64,000 nucleotides of DNA from Chiloscyllium plagiosum (Eukaryota): positions 80,273,220 to 80,337,219 of the forward strand of contig NC_057719.1 of assembly GCF_004010195.1 (NCBI RefSeq). Direction: 5' to 3'. Made by a program: the position numbers and the translations under genes. Shown here in pieces: positions 13,160-25,876 of this stretch (position 1 is the stretch's first letter; every line of letters begins with the position of its first letter). The notes beneath the pieces were generated by a model. That model had not been told where the DNA came from. It did no database searches and saw only the letters and a program-made list of their open reading frames with translations.

Positions 13160-13740
13160 CAGTAGAATCCTTCACCAGAGGAAATCAATTTCCTTAAAAT
13201 CACTCTATTAATTCCTTTAATTGTTTTAAGCACCATCATTAGATCACCTCCTGCTCTACTATAAAGGGGCTGCAAGCTTCGTCTAAGCAATCTGCTCTTA
13301 TAATCTAACCTTTTCAGTCCCAGTATCATCATTCAGAATCTACGCTGCAGTTTGATGGAGGGATCACATCCTTCCTGAGGTGCAGTTTTCAGAACTAAAT
13401 GCAACTACATGGGATACAACCAAGACGCTCTACAACTGTAACATTACACTCAAACCTTCTGAAAGAGATCAAGTGGAACATACTGGTAATTATTTTTGTA
13501 CAGTTCCACTACCCTTTGGTGATGGTTTGGATATTTAAACCTCTCTGCTCCTCCACAGTTCCTCACATCTTGCCATTTAGCAAATACTCTAAGTTACCTT
13601 GCTTCGGTCACAGTTCCACACACTGAGTTCCATCTGCCATAGGTTCACTTCATCTATCAGTGACTCTTTGCAGCATTCTGGTCTTACACACTCCATTCAC
13701 TTCATTTCACCCACACACTTAGACCCTCAGCTCCACTTTA
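13160..13740 (-). mobile_element. Old CR1 fragment
   Basis: Minus-strand translation GLKRLDYKSRL...GGDLMMVLKTIKG. Confidence 0.6.
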
Positions 13741-14559
13741 TGGTGAAATGTTCCTTCTGTTTTAAACGGCAACCAGTGACCTTGGTGTGAACAATTAAAC
13801 GATATCAGTCTTTCTTCCAGCAACCTCTCAAAAAAAGCTAGGTGCTTGAAATCCACCTCAACCTTGGAGGATAAGCCGGCTGCTATTATACACAGCTTTT
13901 GATATTCAGTTCCATGTTATTCTTAATTTACCAAGCACTGAAGTTATGAGAATGTTTTCACTCTACAGTTTTACCTGGCTTTGTGTCTGCATTAAGCCGC
14001 ACAGCAAGATATAAGCAGTGTGATCCTTTGAGATCTCACTCAGGGAGCACAGTGTAAGAAGGCAAGGCGAGGAGGAGATCTTATGCGTGTTGAAGCACAA
14101 GGTGCTGAGAGAGCAAGTGAGCAGCCCTGAGACACATTCTGAGGGTTGGGAGTCTATCCCTGTGTGCAAAATGTCCTTGCAGCAGCCTCACATTGAGAAA
14201 GATGCCAATGCACTCCAAAGTGCAGAATTATACAGCAAATAGGGTGGAAGATGTGCTATGAGGATGGAGAAGCTGGCATGTGGCAAATGCCATTGTCCAT
14301 AGACATGGGGTGGGCAAAGTTGCTGCCTATGGAAGTATGCCCTGTGACATTGGTTCGAGCTACCCAAGATGGAGGCAAGTGTTGAGCTGAAGCTGCCAAG
14401 GTACCCACTCTGACTTCCATGTCGGAAATGGACGGTGTCTAGCCTCTATTTGGTGGGTGGAAGAACGCGTGTCTACATATCAGTGAGGCAAGATTAAATA
14501 ACAATGGGGATGATAATGAACGATAATCCTTATTAATTGGACTGTTGCTGCTCACTAGC

Positions 14560-14750
14560 GCGGCATGGTGGGGTGGCTCAGTGGTTAGCACTGCTGCTTG
14601 TCAGTGCCAGGGAGCCAGGTTTGAGCCCAACCTCGGATGACTATGTGGAGTTTGCACATTCTCGCTGTGTCTGCATGGGTTTCCTCTGAGTGCTCTGGAT
14701 TTCTCTCAGTCCAAAGATGTGCAGGTTAGCTAGATTGGCCATGCTAAATT
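14560..14750 (+). mobile_element. HE1 SINE, 3'-truncated
   Basis: tRNA-like head plus V-domain. Confidence 0.85.
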
Positions 14751-15837
14751 CCTCTAGGCCTGATCGTGGTGCTGTTGCTCTGCACATTGTAATGTCTACT
14801 TCTCCACTAAAAGAGCAATCCTGTGGTCCAGTAGGATTGTAGCGACTTCACCCTTGTAATATCTAAATCTGTCACCTCCTCCAACCAGTCAGATTTCTCT
14901 TTACATCAATTTAAGTATAAGTATTCTATGGTCTTACATCAATAAATCTTCCACAATTGTCAAGTGGTACTTTTGACAGCACTGCCTTGGTCTGCTAGAT
15001 CATGTTCCAGCCAGTCTCACAGACAGAGTTGCCTGATCTTCGTGCACACTGGTCTGATTTATGACCTGCTCAGATTTGTCTGAGTTTTCTCTTAGGTGCC
15101 AGTCAAGTATTGGCTATTGCCACAGGTTAAGACTGTACTTTTTCTACAAGAATAAGACCTTCGGTTTGTGCTTAATCCACTGCTGCTTTCAGGCATGCAT
15201 ACACTATTGCTTGTGCCTTGACTGGAGCATAGACCATCTATAGGTGTATCGTATAAGCTTAAACCTGAATGTTTGTGTGTAAAGAGTTATTTTCTTTCAA
15301 TCCAATAATATTACCAAAAGCTTGTGATCTCTCTCAACACGTGCCATGAGGTAGTATGCAATCCTTTCATGTCCCCATGTAATTGCTCATGCTTCCCTCT
15401 TTAGGGTTATGTACTTCTGTATCAGCTTCCATCAAAACTCTCAATGTAAAACAGACTGGTTTTCATTTTCCTTCAGTTTGGACTTATTTAAGGACTGGTC
15501 ATAGTCCTTTGGGTGATGCACCTGTGGGACAATAGGGAATAACCCTGGACTGTAATGAGCTAAAACATCAGTAGAAAATAACTTCGCTGTAATATTTTGC
15601 AAGTCTGTTCCTGACTCAAATGCCATTGCTGACCTGTTTTTACTTGTGCATTGAGTAAGATTGTCAAAGTTGGGGCTGAATTTCCACATTTGATTCACCA
15701 TGCCTAGGAAGTGCTGTACATTACTGTGCACTTCAGTGCCAGGAATTCACTGATGGACTGTGTCTTCTGTGATGCCTTGTTTTTGGATAATGTGTCCAGG
15801 AAATGTGGTCATCGTTCTAGCGATTTGGCATTACTCT

Positions 15838-16360
15838 TGTTATGGACCAGCTCAAACTCCATCAAAATATTCAGAAGGTAGTCTAGCCTTTTCTTATTTT
15901 AAAGGTAAAGGTTAAGTTGAATAATTCCAACTTTCCTGTTGGAAAGCTTGAAAGAATAATAGTTACGGTAACTATTACTAATTAACTGTTCCAGTATAGT
16001 AACATCTCATAAGCACAGCCTCGGAAGAAGTCTAGTTTAGAAATAAGATTGTATCACATCTAATTTCAGTAGCAGACAGAGATCCCCCACCCCTGCAGCC
16101 CCAGGGGAAGGGGAAAAATAGCTTCCACTTCTTCAAGACCCAACCACAATTGCTGAACGTTAAAACTAAAACCGAGATTCTGTGGGAGCTTCACCCCCAC
16201 CTCATTCAGGCTGCTTCTATTTTGCAACATTAAAATAAACCCCAAGGCCTCACAGACTGTTTACTCTAGTGGCTCTGGTGGACTGCTCCATATCTCTGCC
16301 TTAAAACGTCTCTTCAAAAAGAGCCATAGCATTGACTCTTAAAGTCATAGCATTGCCACA
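15838..16360 (-). mobile_element. Solo LTR with 4-bp TSD
   Basis: TGT...ACA ends; CTCT at 15834-15837 and 16361-16364; related to 4940-5577. Confidence 0.75.
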
Positions 16361-16495
16361 CTCTTCTAATGTAAGCTCTGAGTTCTGTAGTCCCTTTGGT
16401 ATGTCCCAAACCTCTCATCATGCTCTTTTTTTGTTTTACTATTCCCTAGGATGCCATTCATATGGCAAATGTTTCCTTTTTTGCCTACCAAGTTC

Positions 16496-16673
16496 GGGGT
16501 GGCATGGTGGCTCAGTGGTTAGCACTGCTGCCTCACAGTGCCAGGGGCCCAGGTTTGATTCCAGCCTTGGGCAACTGTGTGGAGTTTGCGCATTCTCCCC
16601 GTGTCTGGGTGCGCCAGCTTGCTCCCATAGTCCAAAGATATGCAGGTTAGGTGAATTGTCTATGCTAAATTGC
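16496..16673 (+). mobile_element. HE1 SINE truncated at a Penelope insertion
   Basis: Head and V-domain end at AAATTGC, directly followed by pLTR sequence. Confidence 0.85.
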
Positions 16674-16809
16674 GGAGAAAGTGAGGTCTGCAGATGCTGG
16701 AGATCAGAGCTGAAAATGTGTTGCTGGAAAAGCGCAGCAGGTCAGGCAGCATCCAGGGAACAGAAGAATCGACGTTTCGGGCATAAGCCCTTCTTCAGGA
16801 ATGAGGAAA
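16674..16809 (-). mobile_element. Penelope-like pLTR (family 1) with hammerhead core at 16767-16802
   Basis: Reverse complement reads ATTCCTGAAGAAGGGCTTATGCCCGAAACGTCGATT...CTCACTTTCTCC. Confidence 0.85.
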
Positions 16810-19548
16810 TGTTCCTTTTGCAGGACCTTTTCTTTGTTCTGGATGTGATTAAGGTGTTGCTAATTTATAATATTCTCTGAAGTATTCCAACTGGCCACAC
16901 TTAAACAACTCACGGACATTTGTTGCAATTGTGATTCTGCTTGGAGTTATGTCTTTTACAAGCTAATATGGTTGATGATTTCAATTTCTGCTCATTTAGT
17001 GTTTTGGCAGCCTTTCATAAGGGCGATGATGCCATCTTGGGGACTACCTGTCTAAACATCTCAGAAGAATCCTTGATGTTTCCTCACTGAACCTCCTAAG
17101 TTAAGGCCCTGAATTCTGCCAGCATAGTGAATTATATTGTCTGTTCCGATGTTAAATTTTCCTCACATTGAAGCTAGCCTGATAATTTCTCACTCCTCAC
17201 ATTGATTACTAACTAATTCATTCATCAAAGATCTGTACCCAAAACATCCTGCTAGACAATATAAATTCATTAAAAATGTTTATATCTCCCAGAGGCTGAG
17301 ATTACTGATTAGATCTCACTTGTTCTATCAGTAAATTTCTTTTTGGGCTAAAGTACATGATGAATGCTATAATTATTGCGTCATATTTCAGATTGCTTTC
17401 TTCTGTGCTTTGACTTACCGGCACACCATCAGCTATTAGGCCTACAGTATGGAAGAATGACAGCAGATGGCTGACTTGATCGTGTTGCTCCTTCAAATGT
17501 CAGCCAAAAGGTGTTCTGTCGCAATGAAAGTGTTCCAACTTTTGGCCTTATTGTTGGCTTTCCATCTCTATGAAATAGTTTAGCCTGTGCAAGGCCTTTA
17601 CTGGAACTGTCATCCCTATAGACAATCTCACTTGACTAGCCTGGGTGAGTACTTAAGTCTTTCCCTTTCTTAGTCAAAGTGGTCTGCTCCTGTGTTTTTC
17701 TTCTCTTTTTTAATACACTCATTGGATGAGGGCATCACTGGCAGGATTATGAGTCCAGGTCCCCTCGGACATTATCTGGGTCTTTGGATTAACAGTCTGG
17801 TAATAATCCCACTAGACCGTAACTTCCCTCCTTCTGAGTGTTGTTGATTTGTTGTTGATTTGTGGTTAGGCTTCAAAGTCTTTCAAAGTTCACATGCTAG
17901 CCTGACAAAGTGTTCCTGCTGTGTTGCCTTGTCTTCCGTGGTCTTTTTCCCTGCTTCTCATTTCTCGGTTTTCTTTCTCTCAAAGACTTCTGCTGTCTTT
18001 TCTGTGGCCCTTGGACTTTTATTTTTGAAATTTCAGATCTTTAGTAAGAAGGTGTTGTTATTTGCTTAGCTGCCCCCAAGCTTTACCTTGTGTCTGAAGT
18101 CAATACAGCTGTTTGCACGATGGGGGACCGGGGGTCTGAAGTAACTCGGGTTGTGGTGGTTGCCACAACTGTCCTTCAGGCTGCATGTTCCTTACCAATA
18201 GAATTAGAAATGGAATTAGCTTTATTGTCAAATGAGTGCAATGAAAAGTTTATAAGTTGCTAATTATAGTGGTATCTTAGATACAAAAGTACCTAGGAAC
18301 AGCTTCTTCTGGTACAAGATTAGTTACAGAGTAACAATATTGCCAACGCAAGATGCTATCTTAGGAATAAAAGTACAATCCAAAAAGCAAATATCACAGT
18401 CTGTCTCCAAGGGCTCTTCACAAGAGACCAGTGCAGGGAGCCTCCATGTGGTTTGATTGCTGGCTGCTGCCACTGTCACATTAGTAAGGCTATTTCACTC
18501 CTTAGATGCTGTAAGATTCCTCAACTTAACTTCTACACATAGGTTATCAAATGAAGCTCCCCAGTGCGGTGTCTGAGACCTCTCTCTTCACTTGCTCATT
18601 CCGAATCAGTGTCTTCTCTCTTATTGATGTCACTCATGATATTAGCTATATCATCTTGATTTACCTGGCTCTCAGTTTGCCACAGTGACTACCCCATCTG
18701 CTACTGGTTGAATACCAATGCTGGGCACCACTTAAGGGGTTTAGTAAGTTTTGGGACAGGATGTCTATCCACAAACCATTGGGGATTGTCCACAAATTGC
18801 TGTCAGCTGGTAGGATATAATCTTCATAAACTCAATTTGGCTATTTGTAGATTTATATTCTTATATAATACTATTTGTTTTGAAAAAGGGAATAACTAAA
18901 TGGCAACAGAGATGATATGCTTCTCTATGTGGCAAATCATGGAGGCTTCTCTTGTCCCTGGTGACCATGTGTACAGGAAATGTATCCAGTTGCAGTTACT
19001 GGGGAAGTACATATCAGAGCTGGAGCTGAGGATGAATTCACTGTGGAACATCTATGATGTTGAACAAGTCATGGATAGCAAGTTCGCTGAGGTGGTCAGG
19101 TTAAATCTGAACTTGCATGGATGGGCATGGGTGACCATCAGGAAGAGGAGGAGAAAGGGGCAGGTTGTGCAGGAGTCCTGTCTTGGCCATCCCCTTTTCT
19201 AACAGATATACCATTGTGGATAATGCTGGGAGAAATGGCTGTGCAGGGGAATGCAACAGCAACTATCTGGCACCAGGGTGGGTCTGCTGCATACGTGGGG
19301 ACAAAGATGAATGGTCATCAGGGATTCAATGGTAGGGGAAACAACAGGGCTTTTGTGACTGAAAAAGAGACTCCAGTATGGTGTGTTGCCCCCTGGAGCC
19401 AGGTTCATTGATGGCACTGAATAGCTGCACTGAAGGGTGACAGCAAACATACAGGGATTGCCACCAACAGAAAGGGAGGAAGTCCTGAAAACAGAGCTTA
19501 GGGAGCTAAGAAGTACATTTAAGAACAGGATAATCTCTGTGTTGCCAC

Positions 19549-19893
19549 AATCATAGAATCCCTACAGGATGGAAGTAGGCCATTCCGCCCATCAAGTCTA
19601 CATCAACCTTCTGAAGAGCATCCCAGCCAGACCCATCCTTTCATTGTGCCTATATTCCCTATGGCTAATCCACCTAACTTACACATTCCTGTACACTATA
19701 GGCAATTTAGCATGGCGAATCCACCCAACTTGCACATGGACTGTGGTAGGAAACAGGAACACCTGGAGGAAATCCATGCAGACGTGGGGAGAATGTGCAA
19801 ATTCCACATAGACAGTTGCCCGAGGGTAGAATCGAGCCTGGGTACCAGGCGCTGTGAGGTGGCAGTGCTAATTACAGAGCCACCTTGCTGCCC
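19549..19893 (-). mobile_element. HE1 SINE
   Basis: Full-length reverse-complement match to other copies in the window. Confidence 0.9.
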
Positions 19894-20493
19894 CGTTCCA
19901 GTAAGTATAGAAATGGGAGGTGAGTCCAAATGAATACATGCTGAAACGAGGGCTTTAGGTTTCTGGGACAATGGGAATGTTTTTGACGGAGGCAGATGGG
20001 TTGCACCTGAACCAGAATAGGTCCAATATCCTGTGGGGATGTTTGTTAGTGCTGCAGGGGAGGGTTTAAAGTAACTTGGAGCCCTGAGAGGGTAAAAGGA
20101 TAAGTAGGGAAAGAATAGGGCTCCTTTAAGGACCACAGTGGTAATTGTGCATGGAGTCAGAGGACATAGGTAAGGTTCTAAATGAATATATTGCGTCAGT
20201 GTTCACCAGTGAGAGGAATGATGTCGGCATAGAGAGCAGGGAGAAGAGCAGTGATATATTTAAGAAATTAGCATTGATAGAGAGGGGTTCAGAGGGATCT
20301 GACACACTGACAAGTAGATAAATCACCAAGACTGGATGAAATGTATCCAGGCTGTTAGTTGAGGCAATTTCTCTGCCCACAGAGAGGTGCAAGAGGACTG
20401 GGGGATATTGTTATTCAGGAAGGGAGGAAGTGATAAACCAGGAAACTACAGGCCAGTCAATCTAACCTCAGTAATGGGGAAACTGTTGGAAAT

Positions 20494-20847
20494 ATGGGCG
20501 GCACGGTGGCAATGGGCGGCACGGTGGCACAGTGGTTAGCACTGCTGCCTCACAGCGCCTGAGACCCGGGTTCAATTCCCGCCTCAGGCGACAGACTGTG
20601 TGGAGTTTGCACGTTCTCCCCGTGTCTGCGTGGGTTTCCTCCGGGTGCTCCGGTTTCCTCCCACAGTCCAAAAGATGTGCAGGGTCAGGTGAATTGGCCA
20701 TGCTAAATTGCCCGTAGTGTTAGGTAAGGGGTAAATGTAGGGGTATGGGGTGGGTTTCGCTTCGGCGGGTCGGTGTGGACTTGTTGGGCCGAAGGGCCTG
20801 TTTCCACACTGTAATGTAATCTAATCTAATCTAGTAATCTAATCTAA
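20494..20847 (+). mobile_element. Young HE1 SINE with duplicated 5' end
   Basis: CpG-rich, intact A/B boxes, (TAATC)n tail; ATGGGCGGCACGGTGGCA occurs twice in tandem. Confidence 0.95.
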
Positions 20848-22794
20848 TTCTGAGGGTCAGATTTATTGTGCACCTCAATGGGATTAATTAAAAACATTCA
20901 GCACACAATTTATTAAGGAGAGGCCATGTCTGACCAACTTGATTGGATTTTTCGAAGAGGTGACCAAGTGTATAGATGAGGGCAATGCTTTTGATGTAAT
21001 CTTCTTGGAAATTTGGCAGATTGGATCGAGAATTGGCTGAGTGGCAGGAAGCAGAGGGTGATGGGGGTCAAGGGATATTTTTGCAACTGGAAGCCTGTGT
21101 CCAGTGGAATTCCGCAGTGTTAGGGCCCTTGTTGTTTGTTGTATATATAAATTATTTAGACTTGAATATGGGAAAGTTGATCAATAAGTCCATGGATGGT
21201 ATGAAAATTACTCGGATGATAAATAATGAAGAAGAAAGCCCTAGACTGCAGGATATATGAGTGGTCTTGTCAGATGGGCTGATCAGTGGAAAATGGAATA
21301 CAATCCTGACAAATTTGAGGTGATGCTCTTGGTCAGGACAGAGAACACTTCATGAATTGTAAGACCCTTAAAAGTACCGAGGATCTGAGCAACCTTGGAG
21401 CGCATGTCCATTGGTCTCTTAGGATAGCGGGACAGGTGCTTTCTTTTAGCCAAGGCATAGAGTTTAAGAGCAGAGAGGTTATGCTGGATGTGTAGAAAGA
21501 ACTGGTAAGGCCACAGGTACAGTTATTGTGTGCAGTTCTTGTATCCACATTGTAGGATGGATGTGATTTCATTGGAGAGGGTGCAGAGGATATTTACTAG
21601 GATGTGGAGAGTTTTAGTTTCAAAGGATGATTGGACAGACTGGAGCAGAGGAAACTCAGAGGAGACATGATTGGGGTGTATAAAATTATGAGGGACATAG
21701 ACAAGGTAGACAGTAAGGAATCTTTTCCCATTGGTCGAAGGATCAATGCGGTTAAGCAAAGTGGGGAAAATAGTTTTATGCAGAGTATGGTGGGAATCTG
21801 GAAATCTCTATGTGTAAGGGTAGTAGAGGCAGATATCCTCAAAACCATTTAAGAAGTATTTAGATGTGCACTTGTGATGCCAAGGCATGCAACAGTATGG
21901 AAAATGGGATTAGAATAATTAAGTAATTGTCTTTGACCAGCACAGAATCGATGGGCCAAAGGGTCTTTTTCTTGTTGTTGATCTCCATGACCCTATGATG
22001 AATTTTTCAGAAAGAAATTGCACCCAGCATGTTAGGTGATTGATTCTTCAGTGTATATCCTTCCTGTTAACCATAGTCATTACTGTGTTCTGAGGGCAGT
22101 CACTCACTGTAGCTAGGAAGAACGTGCCTGCGAGCATCTTTCTTAATGAGGAACGAGGATTTAGTTTGAGCATTCATTACCAAGAGTGCCTGTAAAAGCA
22201 ATCAATCAGCGAAACAGCCCAGTCCACCTGTCAGTTGGGAGTGTTGTGTTCCAACATTGTTAAAGCATCAATCCAGCCACACAGAGACATATGCCCATCT
22301 CTATATTGACACACAATAAGGAATTCAACCCTTCTACGGTACCAACCTGCACCCCTCCCCCAACTCCATTAACCCCATAAAAATGATTTAATGCTCTCGA
22401 GACATTTGCCAGTTTCCCGCTCTAATTGCTTCGGGTGACAGAATTAAAGTATCTCATTCCCTTCGAACCAATTTCTGTGCAATCACTCAACAATGGAACA
22501 GGCCAATAGAAATGAGCAGTTAGACATCCCACATTGGAAACTGGAACACATGAACGTGTTGGTTGACCATGCCTCTTTCTGAAGGTGGTTTGTCACTTTA
22601 AAATGTTTCAAAAATGGGTTTTAAGAAGTGGGGTTTGGCATCCCTCTGATCTATGCTTTTAAATCGACAATGCTGTTGGGTTGGCTCTTATAACTTTAGT
22701 TAGTTCACACCCTGTCTAACACCCGCAATGGGGGAGGGAGAGTCCACTGTTGATACAACTGTCTGATATTTTACCTAATTTTTGATATGTTGAT

Positions 22795-23097
22795 GGGTGG
22801 CATGGTGGCTCACAGCTTAGCACTGCTGCCTCACGGCGTCGGGGATCAGGGTTCGATTCCACCCTCGGGCGACTGTCTGTGCAGAGTTTGCACATTCTCC
22901 CCATGTCTGTGTAGGCTTCCTCCCACAGTCCAAAGATGTGCAGATTAGGTTGATTGGCCATGCTACGTTGTCCATAGTGTGCAGAGGTGTGTAGATTAGC
23001 CATGGAAAATGCAGGATTACAGGTTCAGGGGTGAGATGCTCCTTGGAGCAGTACAGTGGACTCATTGGGCTGAATAGCCTTCTTCCTCCTGTAGGAT
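22795..23097 (+). mobile_element. HE1 SINE
   Basis: B box GGTTCGATTCC and V-domain. Confidence 0.88.
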
Positions 23098-23255
23098 AGA
23101 CTGAACTGTAATAGGAACTGTATAAAGCATAACTGTTGTTGATGGGACAGCCTAATGTGTAAATCGTATTATGGATAACAATTGATTGGCTGTAAGTGAG
23201 GACAGGATAAGGTTCTGTTCTACACCAAATGTTTTCTCATTATATGGAAGAAAGA

Positions 23256-23665
23256 CTGAGTTTAGAAGACTGAGAGGGGATCTGATTGAGACATATAAGA
23301 TTATTAAAGGATTGGACATTCTGGAGGCAGGAAACATGTTTCCACTGATGGGTGAGTGCCGAACCAGAGGACACAGCTTAAAAATACAGGGTAGACCATT
23401 TAGGACAGAGATGAGGAGAAACCTCTTCAACCAGAGAGTGGTGGCTGTGTGGAATGCTCTGCCCCAGAGGGCAGTGGAGGCCCAGTCTCTGGATTCATTT
23501 AAGAAAGAGTTGGATAGAGCTCCCAAGGATAGTGGAATCAAGGGTTATGGAGATAAGGCAGGAACAGGATACTGATTAAGGATGATCAGCCATGATCATA
23601 TTGAATGGTGGTGCAGGCTCGAAGGGCAGAATGGCCTACTCCTGCATCTATTGTCTATTGTCTAT
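23256..23665 (+). mobile_element. CR1 LINE 3' end (young)
   Basis: RRLRGDLIETYKI...QRVVAVWNALP; (CTATTGT)n tail. Confidence 0.93.
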
Positions 23666-23844
23666 AAAGTACATAACTGGGACACTGATAACAAGTTCAA
23701 TGCATAACTTCAATGATTGGTGGTACAGATTAATTTGAATGAATATTTTGTGTAGTTGTAGCTATGTGCTTAGGGAATGAACTAGAAATCAATTTCTGGT
23801 ATCCCCATGGAGATTGCTATTGATGTCACCACTGTTTAGCTGGA

Positions 23845-23952
23845 CTGTTGGAGCACAGTGCTATGTTCCTGCCTCTAGGCTAGAAGATCCGGGTTCAAGT
23901 CTCATCTACTCTGGAAATGTGACACTCCAGGCCTGAACAGGTTGATTCACAA
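23845..23952 (+). mobile_element. Short tRNA-derived SINE
   Basis: B box GGTTCAAGTC ending in GAACAGGTTGATT; a similar decayed copy lies at about 13030-13138. Confidence 0.45.
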
Positions 23953-24099
23953 AACTTAGAATGAATGTTTTTTACAATTTGGATGAACAAGCAACAAGGA
24001 AGAAGTCACTCATGGGGGAATTGGATGTTTGTGGAAGTGTGAAAGTTTACCAAACTGCAAGCCATTAGAGTCGTTTGAAGATATATTACTAATGTTTCT

Positions 24100-25170
24100 A
24101 GTAGAAGACAGAGGGTGGTGGTGGAGGGTTGTTTTTCAGACTGGAGGCCTGTGACCATTGGAGTGCCACAAGGGTCGGTGCTGGGCCCTCTACTTTTTGC
24201 CATTTACATAAATTATTTGGATGTGAGCATAAGAGGTACAGTTAGTAAGTTTGCAGATGACACCAAAATTTGAGGTGTAGTGGACATCGAACAGGGTTAC
24301 CTCAGATTACAACAGGATCTTGACCAGATGGGCCAATGGGCTGAGGAGTGGCAGATGGAGTTTAATTCAGATAAATGCGAGGTGCTGCACTTTGGGAAAG
24401 CAAATCTTAGCAGGACTTATGCACTTAACAGTAAGGTCCCAGAAAATGTTGCTAAACAAAGAGACCTTGGAGTGCAGGTTCATAGCCCCTTGAAAGTGGA
24501 GTCGCAGGTAGATAGGATAGTGAAGAAGGCGTTTGGTATGCTTTCCTTTATGGGTCAGAGTATTGAGTGCAGGAGTTGGGAGGTCATGTTGCGGCTGTAC
24601 AGGACATTGGTTAGGCCACTGTTGGAATATTGCGTGCAATTCTGGTCTCCTTCCTATCGGATAGATGTTGTGAAACTTGAAAGGATTCAGAAAAGATTTA
24701 CAAGGATGTTGCCAGGGTTGGAGGATCTGAGCTATAGGGAGAGGCTGAACAGGCTGGGGCTGTTTTCCCTGGAGCGTCGGAGGCTGAGGGGTGACCTTAT
24801 AGAGGTTTACAAAATTATGAGGGGCATGGATAGGATAAATAGGCAAAGTCTTTTCCCTGGGGTCGGGGAGTCCAGAACTAGAGGGCATAGGTTTAGGGTG
24901 AGAGAGGAAAGATATAAAAGAGACCTAAGGGGCAACTTTTTCACGCAGAGGGTGGTACGTGTATGGAATGAGCTGCCAGAGGAAGTGGTAGAGGCTGGTA
25001 CAATTGCAACAATTAAGAGGCATTTGGATGGGTATATGAATAGGAAGGGTTTGGAGGGATATGGGCTGGGTGCTGGCAGGTGGGACTAGATTGGGTTGGG
25101 ATATCTGGTCGGCCTGGACGGGTTGGACCGAAGAGTCTGTTTCCATGCTGTACATCTCTATGACTCTATG
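24100..25170 (+). mobile_element. CR1 LINE, 5'-truncated, with an open 269-aa ORF2 C-terminus (24280-25089)
   Basis: [36 protein letters not shown] and RRLRGDLIEVYKIM; CTATGACT tail. Confidence 0.95.
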
Positions 25171-25185
25171 AGATAGTCAGAAGGC

Positions 25186-25187
<2 letters not shown>

Positions 25188-25225
<38 letters not shown>
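25188..25225. repeat. (GA)n microsatellite
   Basis: Direct read. Confidence 0.97.
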
Positions 25226-25228
<3 letters not shown>

Positions 25229-25808
25229 GCAATGCTATGTGTGTACTGTATGGACTGATCACCAGTATTCTGCAGACTTTATCATTTCAGGCTTAAAATG
25301 AAATAGTTTGCAATGACCAGAGATGGAAGACAGCTGTCTAATAATGTTTACACGTGGACATATATACATACATGCACATTGCATACACATACTGACTCAC
25401 AGAAGCACATTTGTGCACATAAGAACACAACTATTTGTATGTATGTACTCATGGGCAGTTATGAAGATGCAAATGGGGCAGGCGGATGTACCACACTTAC
25501 ACAATAGTTGTAACTGGTTGTCCATTGGTCTGCATGGTGAGGTCAACTACATCTCACCAACCACAGCTCCTGGCTGACATCAGCATATTGGGAGGACTGA
25601 ATGTCCTTTCAGCAGCTAGGATTCAACACTTTATTGCTTATTTGAATATTTGGTATTGCATCTTCAAACGAAAAGATTAAGCTGTGGAAGTCAAATTTGA
25701 TTTCAACCTAACCATGAAGTGAGATGGTTTAGTACACAATCAGAGTGTGAGGGAGCTGGGTTAACGTACAGTCGAGATATGGTCAGTAACAAAGGGTGCT
25801 TGGGGGAG

Positions 25809-25875
<67 letters not shown>
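25809..25875. repeat. (GGCT)n microsatellite
   Basis: About 16 perfect units. Confidence 0.97.

Positions 25876-25876
<1 letters not shown>

Larger units (their letters stand above)
14870..17570 (-). pseudogene. Decayed Gypsy element (gag about 16950-17570, pol about 14870-16490), interrupted by a solo LTR, a SINE and a Penelope piece
   Basis: VQHFLGMVNQMWKFSPN and TDVLAHYSP (RT/RNase H linker); gag-like KYDAIIIAFIMYFSPKRNLLIEQVRSNQ. Confidence 0.72.
18880..21998 (+). mobile_element. Long decayed CR1 LINE retaining ORF1 and the RT half of ORF2, with two SINE insertions
   Basis: ORF 18900-19202 (MWQIMEASLVPGDHVYRKCIQLQLL...ISELELRMNSL) resembles the CR1 ORF1 zinc-finger/coiled-coil. Later motifs: PGNYRPVNLTS, CLTNLIGFFEEVT, VLGPLLFVVYINYLD, then 3' tail. 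Confidence 0.82.

Noticed and set aside
20512..20585. tRNA gene (also other A/B-box heads)
   Set aside because: Continues into the HE1 V-domain and tail, so it is a SINE head.
24280..25089. 269-aa ORF as a functional gene
   Set aside because: It is only the C-terminus of CR1 ORF2 in a 5'-truncated copy, with a stop just upstream.
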